A stretch of DNA of 64,000 bases, taken from assembly GCF_000143415.4 (NCBI RefSeq), contig NW_003314440.1, positions 78,895 to 142,894 of the forward strand, in the 5' to 3' direction. The translations under genes and the position numbers were made by a program. The notes under the pieces were generated by a model. The model searched no databases. It was not told the DNA's origin and saw nothing but the letters and a program-made list of their open reading frames with translations. The DNA comes from Selaginella moellendorffii (lineage: Eukaryota > Plantae > Lycopodiophyta). Within the stretch, counting starts at the first letter, position 1, and every line of letters starts with the position of its first letter. Shown here one piece after another: positions 52,606 through 62,673 of this stretch.

Positions 52606-53454
52606 TGAACGTGTATGTACATTCCCCATGTCCCAATGGGACTAATACAAAAAATGGGCGTGCCGCCCTCTCAATGAGCTACTCTATGTGATCCTCATAT
52701 GCCACAGCTAGACCTAGTCCTGGAGTGGAAGTGGACGTGGTCGTCTCGAGCGAATCATGTCGATGTCCAAGTCTCCCCCACGAGCTGACCTTAGAACAGA
52801 GTCTGGGGGGCGCCATTGCCAGCGAATCTCGCCACCTCCCAATTTGCCGAAGCATGGGAGCCACCTAGATCTCCACTCCTCGAGCTGCCTCGGTTTCGCC
52901 CGCTCTTTCAGGATGGTGTAGTGAAGACACACCGCTGCAAGAGTGAGTCTCCACCATGATACCACCACTGCCGATATTCTCACTTGTTGCCCATCAAAGC
53001 GACAGTGGTTCCGCGCCTCCCAAAGTGCCTGCAGTCCTGTTGCCCTCCAAATGGACCAGCGCTCTTGGCCCAATGCCTCCCAGATGGACGTCCCAACTTC
53101 AGCCCCTGTTACGTCCCACCGGACTCGCATGTTCCATCGGTGCCGTCCGAAGCAGCGAATACGCCTCCAAGCTGGACCAATGGCTGGGCCTCTAGCTCCC
53201 TCAAACCAGTGGAGGATATCCCCACTCCGAGCCTCGAACTCTGGAATGTAACCGAGTTCCTGCGTCGCCTTGAAGATCTGTCGCCAAACTTCTCTCGCCA
53301 CGTCGCATTCCCATAGGACATGTCGCGCTGTCTCCAGCTCGCCATACTCCTTGCACCGTCGGCATGCTTCTTCCTGGAACCGCTGTCCTACCGGCAGCCC
53401 GTTATTTGCCACCAACCAAGAGGTGGCCTTGACTTTCTCCTGTACTGGTAGTTT
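52606..53454 (-). mobile_element. LINE 3' fragment (zf-RVT C-terminus plus 3'UTR)
   Basis: CRRCKEYGELETARHVLWEC (CCHC), LWEARNHCRFDG; stop 52714; no poly(A). Confidence 0.85.
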
Positions 53455-53516
53455 CCCTAAACCCTAAACCCTAAACCCTAAACCTAAAAACTAAACCCTA
53501 AACCTAAACCCTAAAC
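53455..53516 (-). repeat. Inverted (C-rich on +) telomeric tract
   Basis: (CCCTAAA)n with degenerate units. Confidence 0.9.
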
Positions 53517-53915
53517 TGTCGCTTTGATGGGCAACAAGCAAGAATATCGGCAGTGGTGGTATCATGGTGGAGACTCACTCTTGCAGCAGTGCATCTTCAC
53601 TACACCATCCTGAAAGAGCGGGCGAAACCGAGGCAGCTCGAGGAGTGGAGATCTAGGTGGCTCCCATGCTTCGGCAAATTGGGAGGTGGCGAGATTCGCT
53701 GGCAATGGCGCCCCCCAGACTCTGTTCTAAGGTCAGCTCGTGGGGGAGACTTGGACATCGACATGATTCGCTCGAGACGACCACGTCCACTTCCACTCCA
53801 GGACTAGGTCTAGCTGCGGCATATGAGGATCACATAGAGTAGCTCATTGAGAGGGCGGCACGCCCATTTTTTGTATTAGTCCCATTGGGACATGGGGAAT
53901 GTACATACACATTCA
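53517..53915 (+). mobile_element. LINE 3' fragment, + orientation (inverted repeat of 52606-53004)
   Basis: ORF 53553-53807 nearly identical to the C-terminus of 52714-53415. Confidence 0.9.
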
Positions 53916-53932
53916 GCGATCTCGCCGGATTG

Positions 53933-56900
53933 ATGCGCAAAAAAACCCTAATGTTGGACTTTTTTGGGGAGGAAGTGGAGGAAGGCGCCCAGTACCATGG
54001 CTGCCGTGATCGGAGGCGCAGCCAGAGGTAGAAGAGCGCTCAGGGGAGAGTGTGCAATCTCCCCACACTTGCTACCGTCGGCGGGGGCATCCGCCGTGAG
54101 ATTGAGGGAAGTAGTGTTCCCCTTTTTTTGCTTCTGCTGTGTACTCACTCCCCTGTCAGCAGCATGGAGAACAGCCGCAGGGGAATCACAGCATCCACGC
54201 CCGTCAAACTGAGCTCTCAAGGTCGTGGAGGGCGAGGTAGGGGCCTCAGCATTCGACTCCCGCGAGGAGGCCTGTTACAAGGTCAGGGTTCTGGCACACG
54301 TATAGCAGCAAGCCAGGACAGGAAAGGGCCCTCTGTATCAACGGCCAGAACATTGCTGTGCAAGGCAGCAAGCGAGCCATGCAAGGAAGCAACCCAGCAA
54401 GATGAGAACCACGGGATAGAAGTGGTGGATGTTTCAGGGCTGGGGGATGGCCAGGTCCTGGAACAAGCTGGAAGTAAAAGCCAAGCTAGAGACGAGGTGC
54501 CCATTGAGAGTGGTGGAGAGGACGAAGCTACCTCCCCTCACCCACTTGCTTGGTCATTGGCTGGAGTTCAGGAGCTTCGTGAGGGTCTCGGGCCAGTTAC
54601 AAGTCAGGAAGGCTTGCGGGGAATTATCCCAAGCACTTTCGCCGTCGAGGGGATTCACAGGGATGGATGTCTCACAGAAGTACAGGAGTGGCACACCAGG
54701 GTCAGGGCAGGCGTCACCACCAGAGCAGCAGCACGTGCAGCAGCAGCAAAGCCAGGACGTGGGACAGGAGAACTCAAGTCTGCCCCACCCAGAACGTCCA
54801 AAAACAGAGGGGAACAGGACGATGCACTTCTGTCCTGCAGGCTCAACATGGAAGCCTCACTAGAAGGTGAGTTCACAATCCCCCATTCAGAGGCACAACC
54901 AAGCCAAGAGATCTCCAGAGAGCCAGATCGTTCAGCCGTGGTCCTAGGACTGAACAAGGAGCTGCCTCTTTGGACACTGAAGTTTGCCCACAGATGCTTG
55001 TCAGACCTGACAAACAAGCCCAGAGCTTCACTCCCAGCTTCACCAGCTCGTTCCTCAAGTGTGAGGCCCCGATCCAGCCCACAGGCCCCAGTGACAAGGC
55101 GCTGCACGGACTTGAGACAGGGTGGAGATAGCTCAGATTGTCTACACTTGGTCTTGCCGAAGCCTGCAAGCGGTGGTATAGTCTTTTGGAACAGTGAGCA
55201 GTTCACGGAACAGGTGTGTCAAGCGTCGGCACAGCGAATCCAGCAAGAAGTCTCGCAGCTAACTCACCAACTAGAGGATGGGGTAGACGTGGGGAACATC
55301 TCTCTGTGGGATGCCCGTCGTGCAGCTCTCGCAATTCTAACAGAGAACCTCAGGACTCGGAAGGACTGGGCAGCTGGCACACTCCCTGCTTATGGGAATG
55401 CGTCAAGTTCATGCCCAGCTGGTGGGAACCCCTCGTCCCACCCAGAAACTCTTGCAGACGTGGCTGGGCTCATCCCTGATCCAGTACATGCTAGAGTACA
55501 GGAGGAAACACACCAGGTGGACCCTGCGCACTTGCAACAAGTGAGGAAATCAGATCTGGACTCTCCCACAACACCACATGAGGAGCAGAAGGAGTCGCTT
55601 CCCTCCCCATTCCCACGACTCGACAAGGCAGGGATGCTGGTCTGGGACCCTTGCCACTTTGAGGAAAGGATCCAAAGTTCTCCGCTTCCAGTACGCAAAG
55701 AACTCCAGTCAACATTGATGTGCACAATCAGAGAGCTGGACCTGAACCCTTTGGGAGAAGACCTCGTGTTGGGACCTGCACTGCGTCAAGCTCAAGAATT
55801 AATCACGAAGGCAGTGGCCACACAGCAAGCGGATCTCTTTGATGCATGGGCGCAAGAGCAAGGTGGCAAGGTGGATACCATGCCAACACCAACAGTTGAA
55901 GAGGAACTCAAAGAGCCAGAAACGGAGCCAGAGACGGAGCGCTCACTGGAGGAACAGTCAGATGGCACACTTCAGTTCCAGGACCGTGATGCCTTCAACA
56001 AGAGGAAGACCAAACGTGAGAAGAAGAAAGTGAAGCGAGCAACGCGGCGGAAGCTTAAAACTCTGAGACTTGCCAAGGAGGACCCGGCCTGGACAAACAC
56101 AGTTGAAGCCTTTCTTCAGGAGGAGCACGCTCTGCCAGACAAGAGGACAGAGTCTCGGGTGCACCAGAACCAGGAGGTTGACACCCCGGAGCGAGTGGCA
56201 AAAGCCCAGTCGAGAGTGAGGAAGACTCGGGGCTGCAGAAAGGTGGTGGACACGCTGCACTCCTCGGACGGGAACAGTGATGTTAACAAGGAGCACACCT
56301 CACATAACGTGAACGGGGGAACACCTGGTCAGGCCGAAGTGCACAAGGTGGCAGCAGCAGGGGAAGGTCGAAGTGACTTGATCCATGACGACACAAGAGG
56401 AAAGGCGGTCCCTGTCAAGCTGGCCGAGACTCTTCAAAGAGCAGTAGCAGAGAAGGAAGAGGAACTCCGCAAGAAGGCACTGATCGCTGTTTTCAGGGGG
56501 AAGTTCCCAACAGGTCGCATGGCTAACGATTGGATCAACGCAACGTTAGGCCAGGGAATCCTCATGAAGATGATGCTGCCACATGGAAAGGGCTGCTACA
56601 CAGTTGTCTTTGAGACAGAGGAGGCACGGTCTCAGGCGGAGGCCATGCATGGCCTCATTGACGAGAATTGGGCGGTGTCATTCCACCCATGGATCCCAAG
56701 GTTCACCGCAGAGGACCAGGCTCGTCTCAAGGGCGGGAGCTTTCCAGTGAACATTGCATTGTGGGACGTTCCCATGGAAATGCGGATCACACTGGTGATA
56801 CAGGAGCTGGTTGAAGGAAGTATCGGCCAGATAGCGGCCGGCCTCGACACTGTAGAAGCAGAGGGTGTTCTAGGTCCCATCCGCCTCAAAGTTTTCGTGT

Positions 56901-58276
56901 CAGCCCCGGCTGAAATCCCGACAGAGATCGCAGTGCTAGGCCAGTATATCAGGATCCAAACGGAGAACTCAGAACCTAGATGCAACTTTTGTCAGCGTGC
57001 TGGACACCGGGAGGAGGCCTGCTCAGTCAAGCGGAACAGGTTGGCATCCCAGAAGCCGTTTGAGTTACCTGCAGAGCAGGAGCGGATCTTGAAGGCACGC
57101 CCTCCGGACCAAGCTCCCCACATTCGCTTCCCAGTCGCCCCACCACTCTTGGGCTCATCCTCACAGCCCAAACTGTTCGAGGGACCTATTACGGATGTCG
57201 AAGGAGATGGCTTCCAGCCGGTCCTCCCTCGAACAGTAGGAATGGCGGTCAGGTGGATTCCCCCTAAGCGGGAATTAAGTCCCACAGAGGCGGGAGACTG
57301 GCTGATGTGCCGCGGGAACACAGCCTTCCCAGAGGTCGTCACTATTGGAGACTACCACACACGCATGGAGAGTGCTATCACTGAGTGGACGGGCTTTGCG
57401 AAGTACACTGTCCGAGGCTTCTCCTGGACGAAGCACAGGGGGAAGATGACTGCGGTGTGGACCATCTCCACAGAATGGAGGGCAAGACCCCGTAACTCCT
57501 CACTTTCTTGGAAGTACGTGGCTCCATGACAACTCTCACGCTCGTCACCTGGAACTGCGGGGGACTCAGCTGGACCGGCAGTCGACTCAACAAAAGGGCG
57601 CAGCTCAAGTCCCACATCCGGGAGATTAGCTTAGAAGGAGATATCGACATCCTATGCTTGCAAGAGCACAAAATGACTGTGGCCCCAGACTACACCTTTG
57701 GAATGAGGGGACGGCTCTGGTGGAACCCGGCCACGCAAGCAGTGGCCAGACCAGGAGGGGGCACAGCAGTGGTAGTCTCAACCAAATGGTCTGCTCAGGT
57801 ACGAAACCACCTTGTTCTCGTCCCAGGAAAGGCTCAATTGCTTGTCCTTCACCTCCACTTTGGACGGGTGGGGATAATCAACGTCTATGCACCAACGAAG
57901 AAAGGGAGACGTGCAGAATTCTGGCTGAGTGTGTTACAGTCTACCCAGGGGCAAGCAGATGAATGGCTGGTCCTGGGAGATTTCAACATGGTCGAGGACG
58001 TCTGTGATCGCAGGGGTATGCAGGAAACAATTCAGCCACGTGAACAGAAGCAGTGGAGTCAGCTCATGGACATACTGGGGCTCATGGACCTTCAGCATGC
58101 TGCGGGATTCGCACCACACGCTCACCCTTTTACAAGGCGACAGACAGTATCCTCCCAGTCGAGACTGGACCGGATTTACGCCTCATCTCGCATACGGCAG
58201 GATGGGGGAAGCCTTAAAACGTGGCTGGGATTTGCCTCCTTCTCAGCTCACGACCCCCTCAGATGCGTGATCCAGC
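53933..58276 (+). mobile_element. L1/Tx1-like LINE, 5' portion (5'UTR, ORF1, endonuclease of ORF2), 3'-truncated by telomeric repeats
   Basis: Begins right after the 17-bp target copy at 53916-53932; ORF1/ORF2 ATGA overlap; ends CAGC-TTTAGGG. Confidence 0.88.
54164..57529 (+). CDS. LINE ORF1 (~1120 aa): DUF4283/RRM-like region plus CCHC zinc knuckle
   Basis: GKGCYTVVFETEEAR, HPWIPRF, CNFCQRAGHREEAC. Confidence 0.8.
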   Translation: MENSRRGITASTPVKLSSQGRGGRGRGLSIRLPRGGLLQGQGSGTRIAASQDRKGPSVSTARTLLCKAASEPCKEATQQDENHGIEVVDVSGLGDGQVLEQAGSKSQARDEVPIESGGEDEATSPHPLAWSLAGVQELREGLGPVTSQEGLRGIIPSTFAVEGIHRDGCLTEVQEWHTRVRAGVTTRAAARAAAAKPGRGTGELKSAPPRTSKNRGEQDDALLSCRLNMEASLEGEFTIPHSEAQPSQEISREPDRSAVVLGLNKELPLWTLKFAHRCLSDLTNKPRASLPASPARSSSVRPRSSPQAPVTRRCTDLRQGGDSSDCLHLVLPKPASGGIVFWNSEQFTEQVCQASAQRIQQEVSQLTHQLEDGVDVGNISLWDARRAALAILTENLRTRKDWAAGTLPAYGNASSSCPAGGNPSSHPETLADVAGLIPDPVHARVQEETHQVDPAHLQQVRKSDLDSPTTPHEEQKESLPSPFPRLDKAGMLVWDPCHFEERIQSSPLPVRKELQSTLMCTIRELDLNPLGEDLVLGPALRQAQELITKAVATQQADLFDAWAQEQGGKVDTMPTPTVEEELKEPETEPETERSLEEQSDGTLQFQDRDAFNKRKTKREKKKVKRATRRKLKTLRLAKEDPAWTNTVEAFLQEEHALPDKRTESRVHQNQEVDTPERVAKAQSRVRKTRGCRKVVDTLHSSDGNSDVNKEHTSHNVNGGTPGQAEVHKVAAAGEGRSDLIHDDTRGKAVPVKLAETLQRAVAEKEEELRKKALIAVFRGKFPTGRMANDWINATLGQGILMKMMLPHGKGCYTVVFETEEARSQAEAMHGLIDENWAVSFHPWIPRFTAEDQARLKGGSFPVNIALWDVPMEMRITLVIQELVEGSIGQIAAGLDTVEAEGVLGPIRLKVFVSAPAEIPTEIAVLGQYIRIQTENSEPRCNFCQRAGHREEACSVKRNRLASQKPFELPAEQERILKARPPDQAPHIRFPVAPPLLGSSSQPKLFEGPITDVEGDGFQPVLPRTVGMAVRWIPPKRELSPTEAGDWLMCRGNTAFPEVVTIGDYHTRMESAITEWTGFAKYTVRGFSWTKHRGKMTAVWTISTEWRARPRNSSLSWKYVAP

Positions 58277-58281
58277 TTTAG
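57526..58281 (+). CDS. LINE ORF2 apurinic-like endonuclease domain only (RT lost; stop supplied by telomeric TAG)
   Basis: LVTWNCGGL, LCLQEHK, GGGTAVVV, NVYAP, LGDFN, SRLDRIY, SAHDP. Confidence 0.9.
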   Translation: MTTLTLVTWNCGGLSWTGSRLNKRAQLKSHIREISLEGDIDILCLQEHKMTVAPDYTFGMRGRLWWNPATQAVARPGGGTAVVVSTKWSAQVRNHLVLVPGKAQLLVLHLHFGRVGIINVYAPTKKGRRAEFWLSVLQSTQGQADEWLVLGDFNMVEDVCDRRGMQETIQPREQKQWSQLMDILGLMDLQHAAGFAPHAHPFTRRQTVSSQSRLDRIYASSRIRQDGGSLKTWLGFASFSAHDPLRCVIQL

Positions 58282-58368
58282 GGTTTAGGGTTTAGGGTTT
58301 AGGCGCGTTTAGGGGTTTAGGGTTTAGGGTTTAGGGTTTAGGGTTTAGGCGCGTTTAGGCGTTTAGGG
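58277..58368 (+). repeat. Telomeric tract with variant TTTAGGCGCG units
   Basis: Direct reading. Confidence 0.95.
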
Positions 58369-59534
58369 TCAAAGACACCCCGCGGTGCTGCAATCCGGCG
58401 AGATCGCAGCACCACTTTGTGCAATCCACATTCTCCGTGTGCCGTTGTCGAAGCGGCGTGATCGAGAGCAAGTAGAGGAGGCGAGGGAATGAATTTTCAT
58501 TCATTCGTGAGCGAGGGAGAGGACAAGAGACAACCCGAGACCGGTTTCGTCCTTTTTGGGACTCATCAGCCGGGTGTAGTCGTCTAGTGTCTACCCTAAC
58601 CCTAGCTCGGTGCCGACTCTACTTATATTTTGGCTCTGTCACGTGGCACGAGTCCGTGTGGCGGCCATGCGAAGTGGCGTGGCAGCGTTGGCTCGCAAGG
58701 GTGCGAATGTAGCACAGCTGGTGTTGGTTACTCCACAGCAGTGGTAGTCACAGAGAATGACTTCGGCTAATTGCCGAAGACAGTAAGCGTTCAGCCGGCG
58801 GGTGACATACCTTTGACGGAAGATAACTTGTAAACGCGGCATGATATGATGCATGCGTTACGTCCACAATGCTTGTGTCACTCGTACGTACCCGGCGACG
58901 AAAAACGTGGTCCACTTTGCAGGGAATATTCTGGGATTATTCCGTCGTTGACCGTTGACCCCGCGTTGACCGTGTGTGGACTGGGATGGTGGAGGGCCTG
59001 AGGTCACTCATACATACCCGAAGTCCAGCGGTGGTGCAGGGGAGAGCCATCCCGCGAGCTGTTGGCGTGCATCGCCGATGTCGAAGGAGCGGTACCGTTT
59101 TAACGGAATACACGCTTTTCAACGAATCGTGTGTGGAGTTCAGAGTTGAAACTCACATATTCACGATCGGAAGGAAGAGCGGAATCCAACGGTATATGCC
59201 TTTTTGACTCGGTCAACAGGGATACAGTCGGAATATTGGGGAATATTCCGTTCTGACCGTTGACTTCGCGTTGACCGGGCGTTGACTCGAAAGGGGGGTG
59301 GCCTGGAGTGACTTTGGACATACCTGAAGTCCATCGGCCAGACCCTGGGAGTCATCGGGTATGCGGAGAAGGATGCAAACATATGCTTCCGTGTCTTGCA
59401 AAGTGTGGTACGAGACGTGGCTAAGCTCGCGGAGGGAGCTTGGCCCTGACCAGGAACGAACCGAGGTTCGGGGAGCGTCTCCAGCACGTAATCACTCGGG
59501 GGAGTGTGTCTGCGGGAGCTTCATCCATCACCTG
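58369..59534 (-). mobile_element. Young PLE 3' fragment, unit B (RT C-terminus, 3'UTR, hammerhead, hairpin, cap)
   Basis: Minus strand encodes PKQVMDEAPADTLPRVITCWRRSPNLGSFLVRAKLPPRA* (stop 59421-59423); 1219-bp period with unit C. Confidence 0.9.
58529..58581 (-). ncRNA. Type-I hammerhead ribozyme, intact core
   Basis: ACCCGG CUGAUGA GUCC/GGAC GAAA CCGGUC|UCGGGU; predicted cleavage between 58539 and 58538. Confidence 0.92.
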
Positions 59535-59587
59535 TTTAGGGTTTAGGGTTTAGGGTTTAGGGTTTAGGCGCGTTTAGGCGTTTAGGG

Positions 59588-60753
59588 TCAAAGACACCCC
59601 GCGGTGCTGCAATCCGGCGAGATCGCGGCACCACTTTGTGCAATCCACATTCTCCGTGTGCCGTTGTCGAAACGGCGTGATCGAGAGCAAGTAGAGGAGG
59701 CGAGGGAATGAATTTTCATTCATACGTGAGCGAGGGAGAGGACAAGAGACAATCCGAGACCGGTTTCGTCCTTTTTGGGACTCATCAGCCGGGTGTAGTC
59801 GTCTAGTGTCTACCCTAACCCTAGCTCGGCGCCGACTCTACTTATATTTTGGCTCTGTCACGTGGCGCAAGTCCGTGTGGCGGCCATGCGAAGTGGCGTG
59901 GCAGCGTTGGCTCGCGAGGGTGCGAACGTAGCACAGCTGGTGTTGGTTACTCCACAGCAGTGGTAGTCGCGGAGAATGACTTCGGCAGATCGCCGAAGAC
60001 AGTAAGCGTTCGGCCGGCGGGTGACATACCTTTGACGCAAGATAACTTGTAAACGCGGCATGATATGATGCATGCGTTACGTTCACAATGCTTGTGTCAC
60101 TCATACGTACCTGGCGACGAAAAACGTGGTCCACTTTGCAGGGAATATTCTGGGAATATTCCGTCGTTGACCGTTGACCCAGCGTTGACCGTGTGTGGAC
60201 TGGGATGGTGGAGGGCCTGAGGTCACTCATACATACCCGAAGTCCAGCGGTGGTGCAGGGGAGAGCCATCCCGCGAGCTGTCGGCATGCATCGCCGATGT
60301 CGAAGGAGCGGTACCGTTTTAACGGAATACACGCTTTTCAACGAATCGTGTGTGGAGTTCAGAGTTGAAACTCACATATTCACGATCGGAAGGAAGAGCG
60401 GAATCCAACGGTATATGCCTTTTCGACTCGGTCAACAGGGATACAGTCGGAATATTGGGGAATATTCCGTTCTGACCGTTGACTTCGCGTTGACCGGGCG
60501 TTGACTCGAAAGGGGGGTGGCCTGGAGTGACTTTGGACATACCTGAAGTCCATCGGCCAGACCCTGGGAGTCATCGGGTATGCGGAGAAGGATGCAAACA
60601 TATGCTTCCGTGTCTTGCAAAGTGTGGTACAAGACGTGGCTAAGCTCGCGGAGGGAGCTTGGCCCTGACCAGGAACGAACCGAGGTTCGGGGAGCGTCTC
60701 CAGCACGTAATCACTCGGGGGAGTGTGTCTGCAGGAGCTTCATCCATCACCTG
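59588..60753 (-). mobile_element. Young PLE 3' fragment, unit C
   Basis: Near-identical to unit B, flanked by telomeric tracts 59535-59587 and 60754-60792. Confidence 0.9.
59748..59800 (-). ncRNA. Type-I hammerhead ribozyme, intact core, one stem-I mismatch
   Basis: Same as 58529-58581 except UCGGAU. Confidence 0.9.
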
Positions 60754-60831
60754 TTTAGGGTTTAGGGTTTAGGCGCGTTTAGGCGTTTAGGGTCAAAGAC
60801 ACCCCGCGGTGCTGCAATCCGGCGAGATCGC

Positions 60832-62673
60832 TGAACGTGTATGTACATTCCCCATGTCCCAATGGGACTAATACAAAAAATGGGCGTGCCGCCCTCTCAA
60901 TGAGCTACTCTACGTGATCCTCATCTGCCGCAGCTAGACCTAGTCCTGGAGTAGAAGTGGACGTGGTCGTCTCGAGCGAAGCATGTCGATGTCCAAGTCT
61001 CCCCCACGAGCTGACCTTAGAACAGAGTCTGGGGGGCGCCATTGCCAGCGAATCTCACCACCTCCCAATTTGCCGAAGCATGGGAGCCACCTAGATCTCC
61101 ACTCCTCGAGCTGCCTCGGTTTCGCCCGCTCTTTTAGGATGGTGTAGTGAAGACGCACCGCTGCAAGAGTGAGTCTCCACCATGATACCACCACTGTGTA
61201 AGGAACCAACTCGCCGAGGTGTCGTAGGCTAAGGGAACCCCGAAAGCATGACCAAAATGACAAAGTGTTCATCGGATGGGACCAAGTCAAAGATCGAGTC
61301 CAAGACCGACTCTAGGACCGAGTTTGAGATAGAGTCCAGAATCGAGTCCAAGACCGACTCGGGGACCGAGTTCGAGTCCGAGTTTGAGACCGAGTTCGAG
61401 ACGGAGTCCGAGATCCGAAATCGGGTCCGAGACCGAGTCCGAAGTCGAGTCCGAGGTCGGGCCCGAGATCGGGTCCGAGATCGAGTCCGCGATCGAGTCC
61501 GAGACCGAATCCGAAGTCGGATCCGAAATCGGATCCGAGATCGAGCCAGAGACTAAGTCCAAATACTAATACGGGTCAAGGGGTGAAAGCCCAAAGCGTG
61601 CGTCCCCCAGGGGGGGGGGGCTGCAGGGGGTTCCAAAAGTATAGTAGGGATAGTGAGGTCCAGGAACCAGTTTAGAAGGGACTCTCCAGTGGGGCTCCCA
61701 AACTGACTTGAGGTTGGGACTGGGACCGAGGGGCCTTGGGTGGGAGTGAGCATGGACTTGGTTGGTGCCGGAGGGGCCATCCAAGGAAGTGCTCAAGAGC
61801 AGCTCCCACTCCCGAAAGGGAAACCGATTGCGGTGCTCCCGGCTCATGTGGAGTGGTGCCCCACTTGAGTACCATGCGGCTCATTGGTCCTCGCCCTTCC
61901 TAGGGGCTTGGGCCTTCCTTCGGGACGGAAGTGGGGGGCGAGAGGTACCCATGCCGGGCCGTTAGGCCACGGTGTTTCGCCCCAGCGTCCCGAAGCAAGT
62001 GTTGCACTCAAGACTTGGGATTTAGAGGGTCCCATGATCAAGTCTTGTGGTACCAAGGGATGTTAGGAACCTGGAAGCTTGGTGTGTTTGGCTGCTTGTG
62101 CTTGCGGGGAGTGTAGCCGAACCTTAAGTCCAGTCTAACCCGGGGAGGGGGATTGAGAGTGATTTGGGAATCCGTGGAAGGATGGCTAACGCTCCATTGC
62201 TCGTGCAGTGAGTAGCTGAAACCAAGTAGGAGCTGGTACCATAGGCGAGAACCTTGGCAAGGGAACTTAGCAAAAGCCAAGGCAGTGTTGGACGGATAGA
62301 CGAGGTAAGCTGGCAAATTGGAAAGGAAAAATTTGTGGCTTACACACTGCCGATATTCTCGCTTGTTGCCCATCAAAGCGACAGTGGTTCCGCGCCTCCC
62401 AGAGTGCCTGCAGTCCTGTTGCCCTCCAAATGGACCAGCGCTCTTGGCCCAACGCCTCCCAGATGGACATCCCAACTTCAGCCCCTGTCACGTCCCACCG
62501 GACTCGCATGTTCCATCGGTGCCGTCCATAGCAGCGAATACGCCTCCAAGCTGGACCAATGGCTGGGCCTCTAGCTCCCTCAAACCAGTGGAGGATATCC
62601 CCACTTCGAGCCTCAAATTCTGGAATGTCTCCGAGTTCCTGCGTCGCCTTGAAGATCTGTCGCCAAACTTCTC
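60832..62673 (-). mobile_element. LINE 3' fragment interrupted by a solo LTR
   Basis: 60832-61196 and 62350-62673 are colinear with 52606-53293. Confidence 0.88.
61197..62344. mobile_element. Solo LTR (1148 bp) with internal ~6-bp-period tandem repeats
   Basis: TGTAAG...CTTACA termini, 5-bp TSD CACTG (61192-61196, 62345-62349); GAGTCC/GAGATC repeats ~61265-61560. Confidence 0.85.

Noticed and set aside
58340-58420. Telomerase RNA gene (CCCTAAA template plus hairpin)
   Set aside because: Multicopy, continuous with the PLE 3'UTR, and no plant Pol III USE/TATA or terminator recognised.
58639-60765. Several 60-167 aa ORFs in units B and C
   Set aside because: They lie in the PLE 3'UTR or off-frame; lengths differ between copies; only the RT C-terminal frame matches the old copy.
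58277-60831. Repeat-spacer-like or CRISPR-like periodicity
   Set aside because: Eukaryotic telomeric tracts separating 1.2-kb retroelement fragments; no unique spacers or cas genes.
61248-61569. ORFs rich in RD/SE/TE repeats
   Set aside because: Translation of the 6-bp tandem repeat inside the solo LTR.
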